A DNA stretch of 64,000 nt, from NCBI RefSeq assembly GCF_009834535.1, contig NC_045697.1, positions 4,156,001 to 4,220,000 of the forward strand, in the 5' to 3' direction. How positions within the stretch are numbered: position 1 is the stretch's first letter; each line of letters opens with the position of its first letter. The translations under genes and the position numbers were made by a program. Of the stretch, positions 26,091 through 38,812 are shown in pieces. The notes beneath the pieces were generated by a model. The model searched no databases, was not told the DNA's origin, and saw only the letters and a program-made list of their open reading frames with translations. Origin of the DNA: Camelus ferus. Its lineage: Eukaryota.

Positions 26091-26934
26091 CCTGACCTCC
26101 ACGTTGCCTGGTCGGACCGACGAGGCAGGGGCCGGTGGCCCATTCAGTGCTGGTTTTGCACCTGGCTTCTTGTGATTTGAACCCAGGACTGCCTGGCACG
26201 GAGCATGTGCTGGACACACAGCACTGCATCTGTCACAGCCGTGTGTGAGTGATGGCACTCCAGGTGGGTCAGTGGGATAAGGGATCCCCTCCACTGCATC
26301 GGTAGCTGGGGAGGGGATGGCCCTAGCTCTACAGGGGACAGGTGCTTTGGCACTGAAGGGAGAGGCATTCCCAGGTTTACAGTGATGGCATGTTAGGATG
26401 CAATATTCTAGTACCTTTCAGGCAAGAGGAATAGCATGTGCAAAGTGACATGTGCTTGTCCCCTGACAGTGTTTGAGCTCCTCTGCCTGAGCCCAGAATG
26501 TAGTTGCCAGCCTGCTCGGGGGACCAAGGCCCACCTGGGAGCCGCTGTGCGGCCCAGGACTGGCACTGCCTCCTTGCACAGCGGGATCCATTGTCCTCCA
26601 AAACCCCGGGCTGAATGGCACATTGAGGCAGAACAAAGGATTCTCAGAGGCTCCGGCTGCCCCAAGCAGGGATGGGATCTCCAACTGCAGGCCCAGGTTC
26701 TCCTCTGGGCTGGCCTGCCTCCTACATCCTCCTGTCCCCTGTCCCCCATGCCCTGCAGAGCTTGCAGCCCAGACCCCTGGGGCTGCCGGGGCTGAGCTCT
26801 GGTCTGGCCCAGCTGTGAGCTTTTGGCAGTTTCATCAGCCCCTGAAGCACCTTCCCCATCTGTATTAAGTAAAATAATGTACGCATTGTGCTTACATTTC
26901 AGTAAAAGAGAGCTACTCGTATTGTCATTATCGG

Positions 26935-27500
26935 CTTTTTTTTTTTTTTTTATAATTTCAATAAAGTTTTAATGAAAACTTTCAAATATGTACTAAAGTA
27001 GAGAAAATAATATACTGAATTGCTCCTCGTCCATCCCCTTGCTTTTCAGCTGCTCTCAAGATTTTGCTGTAGTTTATTTATTTATTTTCCTATTCTTTTG
27101 GCTTAAGAAATTTTAAGCAAATTCCAGACTCCTGTCCCTGACATCAGTAGGCGTCTCGGAAAGGTGAGGGCATTTCTTACATAACCAAGCACCACTGTCT
27201 CCCCTAACAAAATGCCTGCTAACTCCTTCTGATCTGAACTGTGGTCTGTCTGAGTAGGTCAACTATACTTCAACAGAAAAATAAGTAAACAGACAAACTG
27301 ATTAATTCTGGTTCATCTTAGCGATGCCCCCAGTTGTCTTAAAAATGTCTTTTTATGGTTGGTTGGTTTGACCCAGGGTCTAAAGTCCTGCCTCTGTGTT
27401 GGTTGTTCTGTTTCTTAAGTCTTCTCTGATCGAGACCAGTCCTCCATCCCATTCTCAGACCACTGATTTGCTGAAGATATTTGTTACTGTTTTGTAAGGA
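26935..27500 (-). mobile_element. Old L1 (L1MC-like) 3' end
   Basis: Poly(T) then GAAAACTTTCAAATATGTAC..AAAGTAGAGAAAATAATATA..; AAGCAAATTCCAGAC. Confidence 0.55.
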
Positions 27501-28280
27501 TCGCGGTATCACCCTCATTGTCGCCCTAATCCCTGTCTAGATCCCAGTTGCCTGATGGGACTGGAGGCTGATGGAAGTTTGCCTGGATCCCGGGAATCCC
27601 CTGGGTGTGCCCCTTTTTCCTTCCAGGACCCCTTCTCATCCCTCATCAACTCAGAGATGCTGGGTGGGGGGTCCAGCGGTGCACACCACCTCCACCAAGA
27701 GCTGCCCACATTGCAGACTCGTGAGCAAATAAATGGTTTCTGTTTGAAGCCATTGAGTCTGGAGGTGATATGATACACAGCACTGGTAACTGGAGTAGTC
27801 ATAGCTCCCCGACATTGAATTCTCAGTCCTGCTCCTTTCCTGCTCCTTCTGAGCCCCCGTGTCCAGCTGCTGCGCTCTCTTCTAGATTCTGTGGCTCCCT
27901 CAGGACCTTCCCGTAACTTCCTTGTTGCTTATGATGGCTTGTGTCAATTTCTGTTCCTTATAACTCAAGAACCCTAATTCCCAGTCCCAGCCAGGAGGTG
28001 ACTCAGCTCGGATCTTAAGACAGGACTAGAACCTGGCCCTTCTGAAACATAGGACCCGGAGTCCTGTCCCATGCGACATCAGTGGATACCTTTTTTGGGC
28101 ATGCCTGCTTCCGCTGTACACAGCTCAGCTCCCAGTATCCACCTGGTACCCACTGGGTGCTGGGTAAATGTGTGTTTGCATGGTTGAATGAGTGAACAGA
28201 TCTTCAAATCTGACCCCAGAGCAGTCCTTTTTTTTTTTTTTCCCAATTACCTAGCCTCTCCTGGCCAAGTTCCCTGAGTG

Positions 28281-29200
28281 TAGGCAGTCTTTGCTTTCCA
28301 CGGTTCCAGTATGTGCAGATTACAGTCACCACAACTGAGTTCAGTAATGCCGGTCCCCCAACCACACAGTCCAGATTTCAGCTACCACGGAATGGTAGCC
28401 TTGAGTAATTGATCAAGTTCAACCTTTGCCAGTCACTTTCCAGTCCGCAAATCACTAAGTAAATCAGATGAGCATTGTGATCTGTGACCAAGTCGCTGCT
28501 TTCAGAGTCTGTTGCTGGTTGGTCCCTGTGTGTCTGTTAGTTCATGCACACACAGCGGAAAAGGTAGTGATGTCGCCTCCTTGTCTCCTGGCGGTAAACC
28601 CATGTGACGTTTTACAGAAATGGACAGTCAAAAGCGGGAACTGGCCCCCAAAGATGGTGGTAAGCAAAACAACAACAAAACAATAGTGCTGGAGGGGGAT
28701 TAGCACTGAACGTAAAAGGAGTCACAGGGGAAATCGCTGGTCCTGGGGATGTTGGACCTGTGGCTGTCGGACACCCTGATACTCAGCCGGGGGACCCAAG
28801 AGAAGGTGAACCTACCGACGTAAATGAGGAAGTGCCTGTGGCAAAAGGAAGAAGATGTCCCGGAGGGAGTGACGCTGGCAACACACTTCGTGTTAAGGGA
28901 ACTCGGCAATATTTCACAATGTTGAAAGTGCAGAGGATAGAATCTTGGAAGCCTATCTAAACTTAGAAAGGCAATTCTCCAAGGCACGGAAAGATGTTTG
29001 CCCAGTGTCGTTAAGTCATCCAACAAGCAGAAGAAGCCAGCACTGTTGGAACTAGTCTTGATAACATGTTTTAAAAAGAAAGAAAACACTTGCATTCGCA
29101 GTGTGTCTAATGTTTCAAGTGACCATGTAATTATAAAACCATTACTTACAGAATATTAGTTTTACTGTTTTTTATTCCCTGTACACTTATAACCACCAAT
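28281..29200 (+). mobile_element. TcMar-Tigger element (Tigger13a-like)
   Basis: Starts AGGCAGTCTTTGCTTTCCACGGTTCC; internal GTCCCCCAACCACAC..TTTCAGCTACCACGG and AAAATGGACAGTCAAAAGCGGGAACTGGCC resemble a recalled Tigger consensus; right end approximate. Confidence 0.6.
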
Positions 29201-31139
29201 AATGTCTTCACAAAGCTTCTTAGAGGTCATGGACGTTGGTAATTTCTGCATTGATTATTTAGATTGCTGTGACTTGCTTCAGCTTACACAATCATTGTTA
29301 GGCTCCCCCACAGTTGTGCAGTGTGAGAACTCCCCACACTCATGCCAAATGGGCCATGTCTACGCTATGTGGCCCTTCCACGCGTCAAAGCCATGGTGAC
29401 GTTAAACCGTGGCTAGAGGATTCCAGTCAATATCCTCCTTATTGAAATTGGCAGCTCGAAACTATGGAGTGACTTAAATTCCTCCCTGCAGAAATGACCA
29501 GGCAGCCAATGGACCACTGAGAGGGGCACACGCCTTCCCTCCACTGTGTTCACCCAGCAGACCTCCAGCCAGCCTGCCTGCTTTGGGAACAATCCATCAG
29601 GGAATGAACTGGCTGAAGGAGTCGGGGGCCGAATGATTGTGGTTCCTACTTCGATTTTCAGTGTGAAAGGTGATTTTTAAAAAAACCTGAATATTTTCCC
29701 TAAGGAGAGGTAAGACTCTTTATTGAAGCTGTGCAAATATAAATCCATCATCATAATGTGTGCCACGTCATCTTAGCCTGGGAGCTAATATGCATGAATC
29801 TTAAGATGCTCCTTGTAAGATTTTAATTTTATTTCTGTTTTAGCTAGTTACAGAAACGTTTGGAAATGCAAAAAGTAGAATAAAGAAGGGGAAAAAGTAA
29901 CATCCTCGGTTCCACTGCCCTAGAAACATTGTTCCAGTTTTGTTTTATTTTTTCCTACTGCCCCACTGAAGATTGTAATGTAAATACAGTTTTCTTTCTT
30001 TTAAAATATGTAGCATGCTGAAACATTCCCGCATATCATTACATACTCCAAGTAAACAGTTTTAATGGCTGCATGATAATCCATGTAGTAGATACAATTA
30101 TTTATTCAATAACTACGTATGGATTCATCCATCAGACTGGGGTTGATGGCCTGCAGCGGATATGTGGGTGGGAAAGGGGGATGCAAGAAAGAGGAGGTCT
30201 AGGTCCCAGCCCTTCCCTTGAGAACCTCTGGAACCAAGGAGACATAAACAGATGACTGTAATACAGTGTGATGGGAGCTGGGATGCAGTGGGTCCTGTCG
30301 CAGCCTGGGAGCAGATGGGCAGAGAGGCTGAGTCCGGGGCAGCGGCTCAGCTGGCCCAGCAGGGCAGCCAGGAGCTGGGGAGGAGGCATCCCAGCAGGGG
30401 GGGGGTGTTACGGACAGGAGCTTGGAGGTGAGAAAGGGCCGTAGAGGTGGGAGACCTCCCACTCTTGGACACCGTTTTCCCAACTTTGGGTTTTTCATAT
30501 AAAGATGTGAAGCGCACCCTTGGGAACGTCCATTTCCGTGTGTTTCGGGTTTTTCCCGCCTCTGGGTATCTGGGAATGCAGTTTCTTGGTGAAAGGATAG
30601 GAGTGTTTCTAACGGGCTTGAATTAAGATTCGAATATCATGTTGACTAAACTGAAAATAAAATTTACCAAAAAATTTCATATGAGTGATCTTTAAAAGAG
30701 TAATTCTTTATGTGTAACACAGCTTTGGAGTAATCTATAGATCACAGCAAACCCATCAGTCTCTGTCTCTCTTGCTTTAAAAAAAAAAAAGAATCAATTT
30801 CAGCTCCAGGACATGGTGACTTACGGCTGTGTCCACTGTCTCATGATGTGTGTCTGATGGGTGGTGGGGTTTTGGCTGTGCGGGAGCAGAATCGTCGTGC
30901 TGTGAACCTTTCTCCGCATGTACGACTGTTTTGTCTTCGTGATAAAATAATGATGATGGTGATGGGGAGGGAGGCTACCATTTCTTGACTGCTACAATGT
31001 CACGAGACATATGTTTCATGATCTCACTGGAACTTTATACCCACTCTGGGAGGTGGTGAGAATGACCTCCTTTTATAGACCAGGAAACAGAACCCCAGAG
31101 AGGTCAGGTCGCACGCCCAAAGTCACATGGTGGTGTCAT

Positions 31140-31600
31140 GGTTACTATTACTATGTAACAAACCACTGTAAATTCAGTGACCTAGGACGACAGCCATTTT
31201 GTTACGTCCCCTGGCTTCTGTGGGTCAGAAATTTGGGCAAACCTATAGTACGTGGCAGCTTCTGGGTCTCCTTTCTAAGCTGATGGGTGGGCTGGCCTGG
31301 AGGGTCCCAGATGGTTTTACTCGCATGTTTTGCGTGTGGTGGGGCTGGCTGGGAGGCTGGGCTCCCCAGAGACCATCGATGTGACCTCTCCTGCGTGGCA
31401 GTCTCAGGGCACTGGGACTCCTTGGGTGGCGACTGTCTTTCCCAAATCAAGCACCCCAGGGACCAGGTGCGGCACCTTGACCTGCTGACCTCAGAGTCTC
31501 ACTCACCAGTTGTGTGACTTTTTTCAGTCAAGTCACAGGCTGGCCCAGGTTGAAGGGGTGTTAGATTCCAACCTTGGATTTGGGAAAGGCAGCATCACAG
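31140..31600 (-). mobile_element. Old MLT1 LTR remnant
   Basis: ATGTAACAAACCACTGTAAATTCAGTGAC..TTCTGTGGGTCAGAAATTTGGGCA..CAAGTCACAGGCTGGCCCAG. Confidence 0.6.
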
Positions 31601-31829
31601 TGTGGAGAGCAGATGGGATGGGAGACGGTGCTGTGACCCCCTCTGAGGAGTGTGGTCTGCTGCAGACAGCCGGCTGAGCCAAGGTCTGCACGTGGCTGTG
31701 TCTGACCTTGGAGCTGCTGCGTCTCCCGTGTCCTCCTGACCAGTCAGGGGAAGCAGAGGACTTGTCCTCCTGACCATTTCTCTGTTCAGAAATATGAAAG
31801 GCGTCCTGTAACTTTATTTCAACACAGAG

Positions 31830-32540
31830 TTTGCGACAGTGTGGATGAAACTTGAGGGCATCGTGCGAAGTGAAGTCAGACAGAAAGACAAATACCATGC
31901 GATCTCACTTAACATGTGGAATCTCGAAAAGCCAAACTCAGAGAAACAGGGGCTAGAATGGTAGTTTCCAGGGACTGGGAGTAGGGAAACCGAGGGATGT
32001 TGGTCAGAGCATCTAGTTATAAGAAGAGTAAATTCTGGGGATACAATGTATAATCTATAAATCATATAATATAATCTATAATATGTAATATAATCTAAAG
32101 CCTGGTGACTGTAGTTAATAATACTGTATTATGTATTTTGTATATATACAAAATTATATAGACCTGATTATTTTGATAATTTTAATTAAAACAAAATTTT
32201 TATTGACATGTAGTCAGTTATAATGTGTCAGTTTCTGGTGTACGGCACAATGTCCCGGTCATGCATATGCATACATATATTCATTTTCATATTCTTTTTA
32301 TTTTGATAATTTTAATTATCAAAAATTATGTATTTGATTATATAGTTACAAGGAAAGTAGATCTTAAAAATTTGCACCACAAAGAAAGAAATGGTAAGAA
32401 TCTGATGGAAGGGAAGCGTTAGCTATGGTGGTAATCATTTTGCAACAATATGAATGTATCAAATCAACACATTGTGTACCTTCAACTTACCCAGTGGTCT
32501 ATGTCAGTTATAACTTGATGAAACTGGAGAAGATAAATAC
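31830..32540 (+). mobile_element. Older L1 (L1MA/MB-like) 3' end
   Basis: GGATGAAACTTGAGGGCATC..AAGTGAAGTCAGACAGAAAGACAAATAC..; AAATCAACACATTGTGTACCTT..AACTTA..; typical L1 3'UTR. Confidence 0.8.
32189..32297 (-). mobile_element. Short young L1 3' fragment nested in the older L1
   Basis: Similar to the 3' ends of the L1s at 20928 and 48465; 21-bp TSD TTATTTTGATAATTTTAATTA at 32168-32188 and 32298-32318. Confidence 0.85.
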
Positions 32541-33499
32541 GGAAAACAAGAGATGAGTAAATGCTTTCTGTAGGAGGCAGACGAGATTTCCCGCAGACCT
32601 GCCTCCGTGTATGTGCACCAGGCGGAAATTACTAGTACAAACGGGGGTCGGGTTGAGGTGCAGCCTGTCAGTCACCCCCTCCCAGCCCTCCCCCGCTGCA
32701 GGTGTGCAGTGCGACGCCCACATCTGGGACGATGGCCTAGGCTGGGGCTGGGCTTGCTCTAGCCCCCTGCGGGGGTGGGGGGGGCTGCAGAAGGGGCCGG
32801 TGAGCAGGCTGGCGTTTCTGCTTGGTTTGACTCTAAGGACACGCCGACCTCCCGGATCATCTTATTTGCGCAGCCTTGAGGATGCAGTTTTATTAGAAAC
32901 CATCACAGTCTGGTGGCCTGGTCCCAGACACAGCCCTCGTGGCATCTACCCCTGGGTGACGGGGACTGTTCTTTGGGTGAATGTGATGGAAGGGAAGGGA
33001 GCCGCCCTGCTGTTTGGCAGGAGTGCACATGTGCCTGCTCTGGGCTGGGTGGGCAATGTCCAGCATTGTCCCTGGGACGGACTCTGTCATTGTCCCCATT
33101 CAACAGATAGGGAGCCAGAAACTCGGGGTAGGGACGTGCCAAGTCTCACAGCGAGGGCTCTCTTCCTGTCTTGTTCTGACCGAGAGGTGGACCTTAGGAC
33201 CATCTAAAATCATTGCTGTGAGTCCCAGGCAATGGCCTCTCCCTTCCAGGCCCTTCTCTTCTGGGGATGGGGAGGGGGCCACATTAGAGGCTCCCCCAGG
33301 CCCCCGGCTTCAGAGTAAGTGTGGGGGGCCCCCTTTCCTTTGAGCATCTGCAAAGCTAAGGAAGGAGTCTCTGCCCACCAGGGTGCAGGTCACGGGACAG
33401 GCAGGCACCTTGGTTTGGCCGCTGTGGAAGGGCTCAGCCTGCCCCCTCAGACCCTGGTCAATCAGAGGCCCCAGAAGCCAGGATTCACACCTTCAATTT

Positions 33500-33960
33500 A
33501 AAAAAAAAATAGCCTTATTAAGATATAATTCATATACCATACAATTCACTCATTTAAAGTGTGTAACTCAGTGGGGTTTTTTTTTTTTGCATATTACTCA
33601 ATTTTTTAAAAATTGTGGTAAGATATATATAAAACGTGAAATTTGCCATTCTAATCATTTCATTTATTTGTTTTTCATTCCAACGATTTTGAAGTGTACA
33701 ATTCAGTGGCATTAATTGCATTCATAATGTCGGGCAACCATCACCACTATCCAGCTCCAAGATGCTTTTACTACTTGGACCGAAGCTCTGTCCCCATTAA
33801 GCAGTAACGCCCCTCCCTCCACTCCTGGAAACCTCCAAGCTGTTCCCTGTCCCTGTGAATTTGCGTCTTCTAGGGACCTCGTCTAAGTGCAGTCGCACAC
33901 TGTTTGTCTTTTGTGTCTTGTTTCACCGAGCATAATATCTTCTAGATTCATCCATGTTGT
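33500..33960 (-). mobile_element. L1MB/MC-like 3' end(s)
   Basis: AGATATAATTCATATACCATACAATTCACTCATTTAAAGTG..; AAGTGTACAATTCAGTGGCATTAA..CAACCATCACCACTATC. Confidence 0.75.
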
Positions 33961-36900
33961 GCAGCTGGCGAGAAGGTTAGATCTTTGAAAGCCTGAGGTT
34001 CACTGGGGAGAAGACGAACTCACGAGGATGACTTGTTGTGCAGGAGACAGTGGTGGGGAAGGACTCCGCCCTGCGCCTCCTCACACACGTGCTCCTGAGT
34101 GGATGGCTTCCCAGAGGCCCTCCTCTGCCCCACCAGGGAGCGTGGCGTGGGCAGATCCACCACCCACTCCTGCCAACCAGGGCATTTTCTTTTTTGCACC
34201 TCATCTTACTGAGTTGTGAACAGCCCCAGAGGTGATGATGGTTCACTCCATTTTACAGATGAGGAAACTGAGGGTTCTAGAGGTTAGACTTCCCCTGGCC
34301 AGGAGGAGGCAGAGCTAGGGTACATACACTGGGGCCCTTCCAATGACTTCAAACTCCACTCCTTCCCTTTAGGGCCCCTCCCTCCATGCTTTTGGTCCTT
34401 GGTGCTTTTGCATCTGCAGAGTGGAAGGACACAGAGAAGGATTGGGTCACCCTGGGGCCAGCCTTCTTCTGCGTCCACTGCCTGTGTACAGTTGACCTGC
34501 CGTGGCCCCTATTGTGCCTCTGTATCTTCTGCTGTAAAACAGGGCCAGAGGACTCTTGGGGGTCTCTTCAAGGGCGGGCTGAGATGACATGTTAGGTGCA
34601 CCTGATACTCAGAACGGTCCCATCTGATCTCGTCTTCCCACTGAGCAGTGGAACCCCAAGTGAAGGGAGCCACGCTCAGCCCGTCCACACTTGTCAGCAT
34701 CCCAGGGAAGGATGCTCCAGGGTGGTTCTGAGGGCCTTGACCTTCAGCTCTGACCCACCTCAATCCCAGCCCCACCCTTTAACCACCAAGGGCATCCTGT
34801 AGTGTGGCCATGAGGAGCTGGAGCTGGGCATGGGGGTGTGGGCAGCCCATGCAGGCAGTGGGCAGCGAGCATGCAGGGGCGGCAGCATGGCCAGCTCAGC
34901 CCTGCGGTCTCCTGCAGTCCCAAGATGTTCCAAGAGGGTCATGATCAGCGCTGGGCCAGAGGGTGAATTGCGTCTCCAGGAGACCGTCGGGCCAGGACAT
35001 CAGGCGGGACAGCAGGGCCCCCAGGTCCCACATGGCCTCATGCCAAGCACTCGGTTGATGACTTTGCTTCCAGGGAGCTCCTGAGCCCCAGGCTTGGGAG
35101 CCTTTGTTGGAGCTGGGAGCTCCCATGATCCACCGTGTGAACCACAGGCATGCCTTGTTCTGGCACCTTCCCTACGAGTGACCCAATTTTCATCACTCCA
35201 AACTGGGGCACTTCTGGCTACATATGTGTGTCCATATGGGGACAGTTGGATGGCAGGTGATAAACTGGGGCAGTGGCTAAAAACTCAGGGGTTGGAGTGG
35301 CATCCTTGTAAGGGGCTGTGTGTGATGACGGGTGATGGCGCTGGGCCTGGAGACCCCTGTGCACGGCCAGGCCTTGCCGATGACTGGCTGTGTGATGCTG
35401 GGGAAGCCGTGTGTCCTCCCTGGGCCTCAGTTTTCTCGTTTGTGGGATGAAGATTCTGCCTTGACGCACAGATGCCAGTGTGTTCTCTGAAACGAAGGCA
35501 TCTGTAGGCGGAGGTGGGCTGGGGCATGAGGCCCACACCCCCGGAGCCGGGTCCCATGAAGACCCCGGGGGACGATCCAGGAGGACTGAGATGGGACGAG
35601 AGTGAAGCTGCGAAGTGAGGGAGAGCCAGCTGTGCCCTGAGAATTAAAGCCCCATGTTCACATGCTGGGAGTGTCATTGGAGGACGTGCAAGTCATTCTG
35701 AAGGGACAGGTGGCCCCCAGGCCAGCAGGAGATGGCTGGATCCATTTATACATGTAAGGGAGGCACAGGTCTGTTTTTTCAACAATGTTGGATGAGCAGT
35801 GGGACCTGGTCCCTCCCGTCACATGTGCAGGTTGCTGGGGGCCCTCGTTCTGGGGGAGGGCTCTTCCTGACCCCCTCTACCCTCACTGTCACAGGCTCCT
35901 CCTGGGCGGGGGCTGGGGGCCGGGGGCCCTCTGGTTTGTGGGCTTGGGACACGTTGTGACAAGTACAGGCCTGGGCTGGGTCAGTGCTGCCTGCGCCATG
36001 TGTGAGGCCACTTCTGGGTTCCAGGGTAGCGAGTCCCACTCGCATTAGGGCTTGCGCCCCGTCCTCCCCGGGAGGGCCTTTCCCTGGATTCAGGGTTCTG
36101 CTGAGCTTGACTTTATGCGCCTGACTCCTCTCTCCCCTTCTGGGGAATCTCACACATGGACAGGAACAGGGGTACTGTTGATCGGGCCCCCAGAGCAATC
36201 CAAATCCCTCGGCAGACTGGGGCCAGAGGGGCAGGGTGAAGGGTATTTGGGGGTGGGGGGGGCACAAAGGAGAAAACATCCTTTCTCCTCCCCCCGCCTG
36301 GTCACCCCAACCTGGCGGCGGGCGTGGGACAGCTGAGGCCCCGGGAGGTGGCTGAGAATTCATTATGCTTTGGCTTTGTAACCGGGCAGCTATAAAAACC
36401 TATCAGCAGTGCAGCACCTTCTCCATAAAACAGGCTCAGCTGGATTTATAACCCGAGACCCCTTCTCCAGGGCTGCTCACAGAAAAGGAACAAAGGGGCC
36501 TGCACCCCAGCTGGCCTGCCCGTTCCCACCCTCTCAACAGAGGCGATACCTGTCCTTTGCAGAGAACATGGAAAATCTAGGAAACGGAAGAGAAGGCACC
36601 TTCAGTGTTCGCGTTGTAGATGGAATTTGTTGCAGTGAGAAGCTGGGTTTAGCTGGGAAGCACGGGATGTTTAGGAGAGGAACCACCCAGAAGAGGAGAA
36701 CTTAGCCAGGCAGAGAGGCCTGGCCGTGTAGGACGGGGGGACCCCGGTGGGTTTGAGAGAATGTACGTTAGAGGTGCAGCCATCTTTGCGCGTTGGTTCC
36801 CCCAGACGGCCTGCAATTTACTGAGCACATGCTGTGTGTCAAGTGCTTCGCTGGGAGTGGGGGATGTGGCCCTGGATATGGCTGGCAAGATCTGTGCCCC

Positions 36901-38661
36901 AAGGAGTCCCCAAAACAGACGAGATGACGACGGGGGTACTGGGACTGTGGTGCGGAGAAGCCTAGGGGCTGGGTGGGCTGCCCAGTGTGGCCGGGGTGGT
37001 GGGAAGTCAGGGAAGGCTTCCTGAAAGTAGTGACATCATTCAGCATGTCTCTCGCAGTGCCTGCTTTGTGCAGGTGTTGAGACTGGTGTTGGGGATATGG
37101 GAGAGACAGGGCCCTGAGCAAGTTCTAGGATCTAAAGGAGGAGCTGGAATCGGAGGAGATGGGAAGAGGGTTCCAAGGGTCAGCAGGCATGAGTCAGTGT
37201 GAAGGGGAGGCAGAGGCAGGCCCAGTTCAAGGCCCCCGGCACCCCGCCCTGTGGAATGTGGAATTGTTATCTCCAATTGACATACAGGGAAATGGGGGCT
37301 GGGGCTTCACAGCTTCTGAGTGAGCAGGCTGGGATTCGAACCTAGGCCTGCAGATGCCCATTCAGCCCTCGCTCAGGTCTGCACGGATCTCCTTATACCC
37401 GGGGCTCTGGGTTGGGTACCGTGTCCAGGGTGGCTGGTGGGTTCGTTGGCCAGCTCTGCCATCAGCCTTCCGTCTTTATTGGCTGGGATGCTGAAGGGCC
37501 GGAATCCCCTGAGCTGACCCACTGTGCGAATCATCTGGCGTTTTCCTTCAAGCACTTGGCCGGCTTTGAGAGTGCAGCTGAACCGTTGCTTGATCTGTCT
37601 CTGACCCAGATGAAGAACTGGGTAGCCATTTGCCCAATAAAGTAAGAGACAGAGCCTTTGTTCAGATTTAAAATGGGGGTGTTGATGCAGGCATGGGGAA
37701 GCCAGTGTTTCTAGAGCTGGATACTGGTCCAAGGCACCTCGATCCTTATCTCAATAGCCTTCTGCAGTTAGTGCTGGTACCACCCACTCCATTCTGTAGG
37801 TAAGAACACAGGCTCAGAGAGGTCAGGCTTCCAGCCCTGGGTTGCACAGCCAGCAGGGAGGTGGGAATGGGGTTCAGACCCAGCTTTGCCTGATTCCATA
37901 GCAAATGCCATTTCCACCACACCTTGCATCACCTGGAGCTGATTTTGCTGCTGCGGGAAGCTCCACCCCTCAGGGCCATCTAGGACGGGCAACGCAATGA
38001 AAGAAAATGAAGGTGGATCCTACAGAAACTCAGCTCGGAAGCCCTGCTGGGTGCCTCTGTGCGCAGGTTGGGATCAGCCTCTTTTCATTCCTCGCTGGCC
38101 CTGGGAGCCCCATTCCCATGATTAGGACCAGCTTTTTCTCCCCCAGCATTTGGCATCTGGTGAAAGCAGAAAAGAAGATTCTGGTCTCTCAGGACAGGCC
38201 CTGTGGGAGACAGCCCGTTTTCCAGAGCTCTCAGGCAGGGGCTTAGGTGACTGGGGTTCCAGGACTTAGAGATCCACGTCCCTGCCGAATCTGTCGTTCT
38301 CCTGTCCGCGCTGTGCACCTCACCCTGCCGTGCGCGGGGGCTGGATGTCCTGACGGGGGAGCCCCTCCCCATGGAGGTGCAGGGCGGGGCAGCGGAGGGG
38401 CACGGGGCCAGCTCAGGGCAGGGGGCCGCGGGGTCGAATGCCTCCCATCTGTGCAGCTCTGTATTTTCGTTCCTCTCCAGTATACACTTAGTGAAATTTT
38501 ATTAGCAGTGGCTTTTATAGTCAAAATCAAACATCATTTATTATTAAAAATCAAAGCCATGTATTCTTATGGTAGCAAATATTAGAGCAGGGCAGTGGTG
38601 TAACGTGAAGCTGTGGTTGTTTCTGAATTGGCACACAGAGCTTGCTCTGTTTTCTCTCTCT

Positions 38662-38812
38662 CTTTTTTTTTTTTAATTATCATTGAAGTGCAGTCAGTTT
38701 ACAGTGTTGTGTTAGTTACTTATATATATTCCTTTTCATAGTCTTTTCCATGACAGGCTGTTACAAGGTGTTGAACAGAGTTCCCTGTGCTCCGCAGTAG
38801 GACCTCGTGGTG
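38662..38812 (-). mobile_element. Short L1 3' end
   Basis: Poly(T) then TTAATT..CAGTTTACAGTGTTGTGTTAGTT..TTACAAGGTGTTGAACAGAGTTCCCTGTGC..; degenerate TSD CTTGC(T/C)CTG. Confidence 0.75.
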
